Origin: Malacoraja senta
Taxonomy: Eukaryota
Assembly (NCBI GenBank): GCA_038087875.1
Contig: CM075993.1
Coordinates: forward strand, 682,001 to 746,000
Length of the DNA stretch: 64,000 bases
Direction of reading: 5' to 3'
Part shown: piece by piece, positions 53,050-64,000 of the stretch
Layout of the letters: each line of letters begins with the position of its first letter
How positions within the stretch are numbered: position 1 is the first letter of the stretch
The notes under the pieces: model-generated
Seen by the model: only the letters and a program-made list of their open reading frames with translations
The model's database searches: none
Told to the model about the DNA's origin: nothing
Position numbers and translations under genes: made by a program

Positions 53050-54943
53050 CTGTAGGTAAAAGACAATGCCAAGTTACACAAAGCATTTATTTTGAAGAAT
53101 ATTTCCTCTGGTTGAAGTATTTAAATATTATTGAGATTGGGTTTCTTTAGTTATGATGCGACATGCAAGCTATGGTTGAACAATGGCCACTGTCACCATT
53201 TTGACACTTTAACTACTGCAGGAAGAAAAAAAACAGCCATTCTACTTTAATATTGTACATTGTGCTTCCTGTGTGAAACGTAATTTCAATACACCATAGC
53301 AACCACCTGAGTCAAAGGGCTGTGGAGTTAAGCTACTCAAATCAAACACAATGTAGGTTATCATTATGCAATGCCGAGCTTGTACTATACTATTGAAAAC
53401 CCTGCATGTGTGTTAAAGGCTCAATTGCACCGAAGGAGAAAGAAAATTCTCCCATTTACTCCCATAACATGTGTTTTATGAACAAAATGGCTGCATTATC
53501 TAGAGGGTTTTTTTGCATGCAAATCATTGAACTGTTGCGGATATGCGGCAACTACCACAAATGCAATTTTCTTTCACCTAGTGCATGCTCAATATCGTTT
53601 TTTTAAATCTTGACTATCTAGACATTACCACTTCCACCAGTTTAATTACAGTAATCCAACAAATACAAAGGTGCATGAATATTCAGTTGAGGGCATGAAA
53701 TGTTTAGGATGCTGTGCAATTAAATGCATCTGGGGTATCAAGAAAGATAAAATAAAGACTAAGCTCAGCAAGGGCAAAAGGCAGAGATTGCAAGATTAGG
53801 GAACCCAGTATGATAAAGAATATCGATGGCTTAATCAGCATTGAAGAGGAAGCAGATGACAGGTATAGTCAATTGGAAACAAGTGACTTGAGGAACGTAG
53901 AGGGTTTAAGAGATAACTGGAAATTAGGAGGGCAGGTAATGTGAAATATCCTTGTCAAGCAAGATTAAAGAGAATTGCAAGATTCACCTTATCTCAAAGA
54001 TATTAAGACATTTGGACAAGTACATGGGTAAGATTTGGACAAGTATATGGATGTGGGCAAGTGGGACTAGCTTAGATGGGGGCGCCTTGATCGGCATGGA
54101 CGAGTTGGGCCAAAGAGCATATTGCCATGCCATGTTACTATGGCTTTAGGACATTCTGTATGTATATCAGGAGCCATAGGATTGCCAGAGAAACAGTCAG
54201 GGACCAAAATGAGCTGCTGCCTCACAGCACCAGAAATGAAGGGTTCAAACCTGACCTTGGGTGCTCGCCCAGGTGATCCAGTTTCATCCAATAATCCAAA
54301 GGTGGTGGCTTAATTGGTTCCTTGTGTGCAGGTGAGCGGTAGAGAATGGGGAGTAATGGTTTGCATGGACTCAGTGGGCCAAAAGGCCTGTTCCTCAACC
54401 TTGTCACTTGATGACTTCATTTCATGCACAATATTGCTATTTTTAATTTATTTATGCACATGCTGATAAGCATACCATATGCCCAACCTCACAGGAAATT
54501 ATAAACAGTATATGGTTCAAGCATCACACATACAATCTGGAATTAACAAAACTGAAAGTGTAACACCGTATAGAAAGTCACCATAGTTTTATAAATTATG
54601 AAAACCAGTGGTTTAAAAACACACTTCATTCACTCATCTGTTCTTTGTGGCATGGCAACACATCCCATGCAAACGGATTCCACTTACTTCCCATTAACAT
54701 AGCATTACAAAAATCACACGGTTACTTTTTTATTTAGGTAAACATTCATATAGTGGCATAGAATATTTGAAATAAGGTATTTAAATACATCAGATTAAAC
54801 AAGTCCAACAAATAATCTATGGGCAAGAAGCAACACAATGACAAAAGAATGGAGAAATCCAGAAATTAATTTCTGCATAAATCCCACATTTTGTTGCCCG
54901 GCTTCCTGATGCAAACTGGCTATATTTCCTACGTCCTATGACA

Positions 54944-55243
54944 CTGGGCGGCACAGTGACGCAACAGTAGAGTTGCTGCCGTGCAATACCAGAGACCCGG
55001 ATTCGACCCTGACTACGGGTGCTGTCTGTACGGAGTTTGTATGTTCTCCTTGTGACCGCGTGGGGTTTCTCCAGGTGCTCTAGTTTTCTCCCACATTCCA
55101 AAGACAAACAGTTTTGTAGGTTAAGTGGCTTTGGTAAGTTGTAAGATTGTCCCTAGTGTGTGTGGAGGTTAGTATTAGGGGCGATTGGTAGTCGGCACGG
55201 ACTCGGTGGGCTGAAGGACCCGTTTCCGCGCTGTATCTCTAAA
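54944..55243 (+). mobile_element. V-SINE (HE1-like), near full length
   Basis: A/B-box-like head, V-domain ggagtttgtatgttctcc...ctcccacattccaaagac, CR1-like tail ctgtatctctaaa. Confidence 0.85.
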
Positions 55244-55739
55244 GTCACAGCAATGAGCACACTAAAATACTTCACTGGCTCTAAAGAATCTTTGCATATC
55301 CTGAAGTCATAAATACAAGAGTCTTTCTTTTATCTATCCTGCTCAAACAGTGTACACCAATCAGGAAGTAGGTGTCATGTGATAATGCCAGGGTACTGGG
55401 CCCTTCAAGGAGGCATGATAAAGTTGGTTATATTGTTTGAGAAAGCTTTTGCTTGCCCCTTCAACCATTAGATTTGTTCTGCTGTGGTTGAATAGAATGG
55501 AGTTTGGACAAGTCTTGCAACAACACACCAGCAGCAGGGTATAACTAACCCGTCTCAGGCCAGCACTGAATTCCTTATCATCTTTGTTCTGTACACAAAT
55601 GTAAGCAAATTTATGCACGATAAATGAATGACAAAATTGTAAGTTAATCTCCTCTGCTAGTGTGGACTAAGGAAAGGAATTCAGCTGAGATCCCAATTTT
55701 TTTCTTCAAACGTTCTCAGTTTTCATTCTTAATATTGCC

Positions 55740-56280
55740 TTCAGTCGATTAGGGTATTGAGAACAGGACGTCTGCGGTATGACTACACTTGGGAGTATTA
55801 CATGCATTCTGGTCTCCTAACCATTGGAAGGACGTCATTATGCTGGGAAGGATGCAGAGTAGATTCACAAGCTTATTCCTGGGACCGCAGAGCTTGAGTT
55901 ATAAAGGAGAAACTGGAGAGGCTGGGATTCTTTTCCCCAGGAACGTAGGAGACCGTTGGTTTACCTTACAGATATATAAAGTAATGAGAAGCATAGATAA
56001 GGTGAATGGTCACAGTCTTTCACAATTGATAAGGGAATCTAACACTAGAGAGCATAGATTTACATTGAGAGGGGAATTATTTAAAAGGGACCCAAGGGGC
56101 AACTTTTTCCACAGAGGGAAGTAGCTTCATGGAACGAGCTGCACCCAGGCATTATATAGGCACATGCATAGAAAAGGGCCAAATGTAGGCAAATGGGATA
56201 AGCTTAGACAGACATCTGGGTCAGCATTGATTGAGATGGGCCAAAGGGCCCATTTCTGTGCTGTCTAATTCTCTGTATCT
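55740..56280 (+). mobile_element. CR1 LINE 3' fragment
   Basis: FWSPNHWKDVIMLGRMQSRFT, YKVMRSIDKVN, FKRDPRGNFF. Confidence 0.8.
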
Positions 56281-56999
56281 AATACTGGTCTAAGCTGATA
56301 GTGGTTAGAGGAACGAGAGTGATCCTGTGGAGACATATCCAACTGTGACAGAGATCATCAGAAGATGACATATGGCGGAGTGCTCAGCTAGAAGGTACAA
56401 CCGTGGGATAAAGAGTTTGCCATTTAGGCCTGAGAAGTCTCTTTGCTTCTATTTCTTGTATTGTACTCCATTCTTGTGATACAAATATGAATAGATGAAA
56501 CCAAACAGCCACAAATGCCTTGCAGCCTATATAATATACAGTGCAGAGAGAACAAATGAGTGGGTGGAAACCATTACAAAACCCATGCCCCCACGAGTAC
56601 CCTGAGCTTAAGCAGCAAATCCCTATTTTCTTAAATAGTAGGATGGTCCAATTTATCAGATAAGCTATATTTTCTTATTCAAGTACAGGGATTTCTGTTG
56701 TAGCACAAAAATTATGTTCCAATAGAGTTTGCTTACTGCAGAGAAACAGTTAATTTTCTTATACTGTTTAAACCCAAGACATTTTTATTTCTGCTTGTTA
56801 GTTTCCAAAGTGGTTCTCTCGGTCCTGACCGAAATCACATCATAGCCAATTCATCCTGCATGAGGCAAATAGTGTTCCCCATTTCATCACTTGCATTATA
56901 TCTAATTTATGTTATGGAAACATGCGTTACAGCTGTAGTATCAACCTAGATCCATATAGCCACATCCATCCCCAGCCTTTTTATGCACCTTCATACAAT

Positions 57000-57320
57000 T
57001 ACCCCTTTCCATGTGTGGGACCCCAAACAATGTTTCCGAGAGAAGCAATAATTTTGCAAATTTAATATCCAGCATTCACTGCTCAGGGTGTGGTCTCTAC
57101 ATGGAGGAAATAACAAACAGAAGCTGCTGTTTTGTAGGACACCTCTGGACCACCAATGAATGTAACTCAAAGCTTCCAGCTGCCTCTCACTTTAATCCTT
57201 TATCCCACTCTGACCATGACCTCTGACACATATCCAACAAAGCTGAACATAACCAATGGTATCCCATTCCCGACTGGATACATTCAGAAATGAGCAATGA
57301 ATTCAACATCTCCTGTAGTC
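57000..57320 (+). mobile_element. Decayed Penelope-like GIY-YIG endonuclease remnant
   Basis: NLISSIHCSGCGLYMEE...FVGHL...LPAASHFNPLSHS fits the Penelope pattern NxIYCIxCxxCxxxYIGET...RFxEH...PVAxHFNxxxH. Confidence 0.7.
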
Positions 57321-57389
57321 CATTCCACATTTCTAGCACTCGCGTTTCATTTTTTGCTAACTGATTCATCCACTTCTCCTGTTTGCATC

Positions 57390-58085
57390 TTCTCTGAAAA
57401 AACGGGAACTGGAACGACGACTGTCAGAGTGAAACAAACAAACACATAGCAAAGGCAGGGGCCAGGGCAAGCGGGGGGGGGGGGGGGGAGCGCTGTCTGA
57501 AATTCACACGGTGCAAAGCTATGGTGATAGACACACACCGCGATGAACAGGAAGGTTATGACGGCTAGCACAGTGTACGGTAAGTCCTTTAAAGGGGGTG
57601 GGGGGGAAGAAGGGGAGAAGGAGTGGAGACACTTAAGAAGCCAGACAACTTTTAATAAGCCAGAGATACACAGCTATGAAGTTTGTAGGGCATTTAACAT
57701 TACCGGTCGGTTATCCTTGGTTTTGAAAACTCGTGCTTACGTTTTTTCCCCCCAACAAGCCAATGAAAATGACTGGTCAGCAAAGGCGATTAACTAAAAC
57801 TACCTATGAATACCTCGACTATCTACAACCACATGGCGACCCCACTACAACAGCACCTACGACTACATGATTATCGATTTTCTCCATGGCGACCAATGTT
57901 TGGTCGCAGACATTTTTTCAACATGTTGAGAAATTTGCGGTGACCATACTGAGGCCGTGACTAGTTCCCAGAATGCGGGAACTCCTCGTGACCATGAAGG
58001 AGACTCACCAGAGACCACCAGTGAACATGTGCGAGCGCAGAGTCTCCTGCACTCGCCTAAAAAGTTGCCTAAGTGGGACAGGCCC
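57390..58085. mobile_element. Probable PIF/Harbinger-type element fragment (right end only)
   Basis: CpG-rich block ending aagtgggacaggccc; no matching left TIR found. Confidence 0.45.
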
Positions 58086-59539
58086 ATTAAACTTTGTTAA
58101 TTCTAAAGTCCCAGCTCTGATAAAATCACAATGGTCTGCAACATAAACTGTTTCTCACTCCTCTTGTACTGCTGGCTATTTCCAGCGTTTTCTGTTATTT
58201 TAGTGCTACAATTAAACCTCAAGCAAACTTTAAGGACAGCTATAACACACACTAGATATAGATGCATGCTCTCAACTGTTCAAGAAAAAAATGATTTGTG
58301 AAGCTTGTGGATATGGCTCAGCCACAGCCCATTCTCGTTAATTCAATGTAAGCAACAGCAAAATGAATGTTGAAACCTATTTACAGTTTATATGTGCAGA
58401 GAAAAAACTCTGCAGACAAATGCAAGTTGAAATTATGACTGTTCACCATTTTAAGGACAAGTTAATAGCTGGGACAAAAACGGCAAGCACACAAAAGACA
58501 ACGTGTTGTGGAAAGGCTTTGCTGCCATGAAAACTGGCCACCCATAACATGATTCATGAGCAAACAGCCCCACCCGGGCACAAATGACAGGATCTGCTGG
58601 GCAGAAGTTGTGGTTTCCACAATCACCAGGAGAAAACAAAAAGCAACGGAAGTCTGAAGGTTTCTCATTGAGACATGCTCGACAGTAATGTGGTTCCCAA
58701 GTGTAATGCTGAGCAGCATCTCATCCAAAGGTATGCTCATCCACACTGGGCAACGGTCTGGCTTCAATAGTACTTTTAAGCCTGGCCTAGAAGCATTGCC
58801 GGCATCATGTGTGTGATGAAGCTTATCCTGCTCCTGCCAAAAATGGCATTCTAGAGCAAAGTGCTGAGGGTCAGTCAATGCAAAAGGCTCCATGGGGATG
58901 GACTTAACATTGGTCCAATCTGCCAGTCCACACTCATTAGTGGGAATGTTTGTTAAAATCTATTGAACTATTTGCTCAAGGTCGTATATGCATAATTGCT
59001 AAACTAACAGGAATAACAAGATTTAGATGAAAATAATGGTTTCAACACTCTTCATTATTTTTTGCATTGTTATGAATAAACTGTATTTGAAACTGGAGAA
59101 AAAGGCAGTCACATTTGAGTGAAGTTTGAGCTATCAATTACCTCTGAAGGAAAGTGTAAAATATTCTGAAATATCCAGAACTCAGTTGAAAAATAAAAGC
59201 ATCAGCTAGTCACAGTTATCCATCAGTCATATGTTCAGGAAAACAACAAGAATATGACTGGAGGCAGTCTGACACTGAATCAGTGCGTGCAACCACAAGA
59301 CTCTAGAATGAAGCCGTATCCAGAGTGGCTGTGTGTCATATGCACTAGATATGAACCAGAATAAAATTTGTGCTTGCTGCAGCTTTACAGGTAAATTAAA
59401 CGCAGAAGCAACAATATACAAAAAATCCTCAGTTATTCCATGTTAAGCAAGACATATTAGAGCAACAAGCATGTAAAGCATAATCATAGTCCAAAGTCTG
59501 TAGTGGTTTATTGCTGAGGTATGGTTGCGGTCAGGGTTG

Positions 59540-61530
59540 AGCAGGGTGTTTCACGAACCTCATGGTTGATGGAGAGAAGCTACTCTTGAAAGTGGAACTA
59601 ACAGTACAAGATTTGTAGAGGAATTTGAGGAAGCTTTCCTTATGATGACATTAAAATGCTTGGTTCAGGACAGATCCTGAAAGATATATATACCCAGGAA
59701 CTTGAATCTATTAACTTTTTTTACCACCGTCCAACCAACGCTTGATCTACCAAACAAGTGCACGGACCCACAGTTTCCCCTTGCTGAAGTTAACAATAAG
59801 CTCTATGGTCTTGATAAAGTTCAGAGCAGGATTTTGTCCTACCCAACCAGATCCTTCCTGTACTCGGGTACATCGAAACCTGTATTGCTCAGCAAATTTA
59901 GAGATGGTGAGAAGCTGTACCTGGCTAGGTAGTCATGGTGGGGGGGGGGGGGGGGAGGGGAGGGGAGAGAGAGAGAGAGAGGAGCATGGGATCGATTACA
60001 CAGCCCTGAGGTACCCTGTGCTCATGATGTCAATCTGCACTGACTGGAGTCTGCTGATAAGCAAGATGAAGATCCAGTTGCACGAGTGGAGACTAAGTTC
60101 CCCGAGATATAGACAGTGAGTTTGGAAGGGGCGAAAGTCTTGAATGCTGATGAACAGCCCGATGCATGTGTTCCTGTTATCCAAATGGTCCAGCGCAGAG
60201 TGGAGAGCAAATGAGATCGCACCCGCTGTTGCCTTGCAGCATTGGGTAAATAGTAATGGGTCCAGGTCATTACTGAGGCAGGAGTTGATTTGTGTCATAA
60301 CCAACATTTCCAAGCACTTCATCATAATGGCCACAAGTACCACTAATCAATAGTCGTTGAGGCATGTCACTTCTTGGGCACTGACATTATAGATGCCCTT
60401 TAAAGTAGGTTGGCCCTGCAGTACTGAGACGTTGAAGATGTTGATGAAAACTACAGCCAATTGGTCTGCACAGATTATGAGAATGCAGCCAGGGGCACCA
60501 TCAGGCCAGATGCTTTCCTCGTGAAGGTTCTTCTGGTGTCGGCCTCAGAGAATGAAATCACAGAGTAATTGGGGGTCGTGGGGGCCCGTGAAGTACATTG
60601 TTGCTCTCCCTTTCATAGCAAGCATTGAAAGCATGGAGCTCATCGGAGTGGTGCATCTGTCACTTCAGTTATTTACTTTCATCTTGTAGAAAGCCCTGCC
60701 ATGTTACCGAGCATCTATCTGACCCTCAGTTTAGCCTAGAAGTGTCCCTTTGCATTCTTGGTGGCCTTCTAGACTTCATGTATGACTCAGAATCGTTTGA
60801 CTTGAACGCCACAGATCTGGTCCTCAGTTCATATCTCCTGGTTCATCCAAGGGACCTGGCTACGGAAAGCTCGGATGGTTTTGGAAGGAACAGACTCATC
60901 CACACTTCCTTCTGAAGTCGGTAACAACCAGGACATATTTATTAAAGTCTGTTGCCGAGTCCTTCGATATTGCCCGATCGACCAAGTTCAAGCGGCCGTG
61001 AAGTAGTTCCTCTGCCTTCCAATGACCAGCAATTCTCCTCAGCAGAACTGGACTTTTTAGTCGCCAGTCATATACAGGAAGGAGCCTAGCCAGGTGATCT
61101 GACTTTCTAAAGCACAGGTGAGGCTTGGTGTGATAGACATCACTGTCAGTGAAGTGGCAATGGTCAAGAGTATTTGATCCTCTGGTGCTGCAGGACGCAT
61201 GTTAATAGTTGTTCGGAAGCGTCTTCTGCAAGACAGCCTTGTTGAAATCCTTGGCTATGACAGATAAGTGTTGGGGTACACTGTCTTGCGCCTGTTGACT
61301 ATGATATATAGTTCCTCAAGTGCTAGCTAAATATCTGCCCAGGGCAGGAGAAAGGCAGGAGTCATGGTGATGGACAAATTCCCTTGGGAGGTAGATGGGA
61401 TGGCACTTCAATACTAGATATTCCAGGTGGGGGAAGCAAGAGTTGGACAGGACCAGCACAAACTGCTCATCATATAACAAATGGCGCTACCACTTCCTTT
61501 TCCTGATGCCAACGTCCAATCCATGTTTCC
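59540..61530 (-). mobile_element. Decayed Rex1/Babar-like LINE
   Basis: IMMKCLEMLVMTQINSCLSNDLDPLLF...AISFALHSALDHLDNRNT is RT-like; many stops. Confidence 0.75.
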
Positions 61531-63851
61531 AGTCACTGACATACAGAACCTGAAATGTCACTGACATACAGTACAGTCCAGCATCCACTGCACTTCCAGG
61601 TACTGTACTTAGCGAGCCTATGTGTCATGGAGTCAGATCTGTGTCCATTCAGCAATAGTAACAATAACAATTTAGATGATCGAGAAGAAGCATGTTAGTT
61701 GATTAATTGTTTAAAACAGGTACATTGATTCATGTTTAAAACATGTATATTTAACATTATTCTGCCTGGCTACAGGCAAAATGTCACCATATATTGATAT
61801 CTTTCTTTCGCCCCTCCAAATGAGAGCTATGCACTTTCCCATTAGCCATGCAATTCAGGTTCTGAGGTTATCAGTGTGGAATCAAAAACAATGTTTGCAT
61901 ATCAATACTCAAAGCTAAGTCTGATTTGTCCGACAGATTGACTGAGTATTAGACTAGTCACAGCTTTGATGTTGCTTCTGTGCTGTCTCCTCCATGGGGA
62001 AATGCAGCAGATGCAAGTGTGTAGGGTTCCCACCTGCATCAACATAAATGGAATTATACAGTAGAGAATGTTGATACGCTCCAGATTTGGAGAGCAATTG
62101 GGATGTTATGTCGCAATTTTACATATTTAGGCTGCACTTGGGAGTACAGCGTGCAATTCTGGTTGACACACTAGGAAAAATGCGGTTGCCCTGAAGTGAG
62201 TACATTCACCAGGAAATTGTCTGGATTGACAAATTCTCTAAATTAGGTTTAAGGTGAGACAAAAAAGTTTTAATGGGGATTTTTAGACTGGTTGATATCT
62301 GGAACTCATTGGCAGCGATGAAATCAAATACAATCACTATTTTGAAGAGGTATTCAGACTGGCGGAATGCAGAAGGCATAAGGATGTACATCTAATGTGG
62401 GTAAATCCAATTAGTGTAGACAGGGGAAAATGTCAGCATGAACATGAAGGGCTGAAGTGCCCTTTTTGGTGCAACACAACTCGATATATCACAGGGGGAA
62501 GAATAGTCTACTTGAATTGGAACTTGGGGAGCAAATCTATGGAGCCCATCCCAGAGGCTAATTCAGCTGTGGAAGAAAATTCAGAGACTAGGGAAATCCC
62601 AGGTTTACATCAAACTTGTGTTGAACGAGCAGGCATCAGGGCAATAAGCAAAGTAATATTGCAATTAATAGCCACATTCATGGGAGTTAGTGGACCAACA
62701 ATGTTCAGAAATCTACCTACTTGAATGGATCTGAGGTAAGGAATGAATTAGATTTCTTTTATCAATAATCATTCAAATGGCACTTATAAATACAGGAAAT
62801 AAATACTGATGGAATATATACCGTTATATCCAGATGATTTAATGCCATAACAGAGATTTGTACTTAGACTGTATGCAGAAAACTGAGGATAGTTCTGCAC
62901 ACTTCACATGAGGAACGTATGCAGGCAGGAAGACAGAACATAGTCGCTTAGATTTCAACACTTATACCACAAAGCAATAGAATCACCAACTGATTCTTGG
63001 AATTTTGAAAACTGACAGTCATTTGACTGAGGATATTAAAAGCAATGAGATAGATAGACAGAAAGAAGCACCACCTGTCGGATGGGAGAATAGAAAAGGA
63101 TAAAAATTACAATGCAGAACCAACCCTTTCAACAGTGAAGGTAGGAAATGCATGACGATAAAAATGTGGAACTCTTCCACAAATGCTACCTAATTTTAAA
63201 CCCAGGATTGATGGATTTTTGTAATCAAAAGCATTGAAAGGTTTAAGAGACAAGCTCAACCACAAAGTCAATGAATGGCTTAGTAGATTCATTGGACAGT
63301 TCAAATAATTAGCCAACCATAACTGTTAACTTGAGAAATCAATTTTTCTGGCACTTATGCAATAAACGTGGAGAGCTGGAACATCTGGTGTTGTTACGAG
63401 GCACATTCGCCAAACACCAGAGAGAGAGAGAGATATGCTAACGGACCACTGTCATAACCACCATGATGAATCCTATAGGTCAGCAACCATGTTGGCAGAT
63501 TTTCCTATCAAGCACAATGAGCAACAAATATTGCAGTCTTCAAAGGAACTTGATTGGAGTACTGGAAATTGGCCATGGTTCTTCTCAAGAAACCCGAGAA
63601 CACATTGGTCAACAGGGCATATCTGAAGTCTGTTCAGCAAATGATCTTTGAATTGCAATGTGTATAAAATATCCAGGTAACCACCTATGATCTGCAATGA
63701 ACTGGGGTTTGCAAATTCTAATACACACTGGAATGGATTAACCCCATCTCAATATTCCACCATTGTTTTTCAACAGAAGATGTACTTCACTGAAATATCA
63801 CTAAATCATACTTCAGATATTAGATGTTTTGGAAATGACAATATGTTGAGA

Positions 63852-64000
63852 GAAGGTAGGCACAAAATGCTGGAGTAACTCAGCAGGACAGGCAGCAACT
63901 CTGGAGAGAAGGAATGGGTGACGTTTCGGGTCGAGACCCTTCTTCAGACTGATGTCAGGGGAGTGGGCAGGACAGAGATAGAATGTAATCAGAGACATTA
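63852..64000 (-). mobile_element. Fold-back/Penelope-end family copy with an intact hammerhead-like core (63920-63947); runs off the window
   Basis: Minus strand reads cagt CTGAAGA A GGGTC TC GACCC GAAAC GTC accc. Confidence 0.85.

Noticed and set aside
54944-55030. tRNA-like sequence
   Set aside because: It is the head of a V-SINE and lacks a complete cloverleaf

Overview
Eukaryotic vertebrate genomic DNA. The repeat content suggests a cartilaginous fish, probably a skate or ray (inference). Two spliced genes lie on the minus strand in the ARIH1 then BBS4 order seen in human. ARIH1 (RBR E3 ubiquitin ligase) has exons 2-14 at 53049..12018, with exon 1 beyond the right edge. BBS4 has a CpG-island promoter with an RFX X-box near 6.2-6.5 kb and seven coding exons at 4901..223, and it continues off the left edge. 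All exons have GT-AG boundaries and their phases join into one frame per gene. Most ORF-track entries are spurious or transposon-derived. The introns hold a young L1-clade LINE with a 49-bp target-site duplication (TSD), two Tc1 copies that share a duplicated flank, a Vingi-like fragment, a P-like MITE, Tigger-like MITEs, V-SINEs and CR1/Rex1/Penelope remnants. The most intriguing signal is an abundant family of short fold-back insertions carrying a minimal hammerhead-ribozyme core (CUGAnGA-stem-GAAAC-GUH). It is probably Penelope-derived, and its terminal segment appears to have seeded a minisatellite at the BBS4 promoter. Protein comparisons are from memory; no searches were run.
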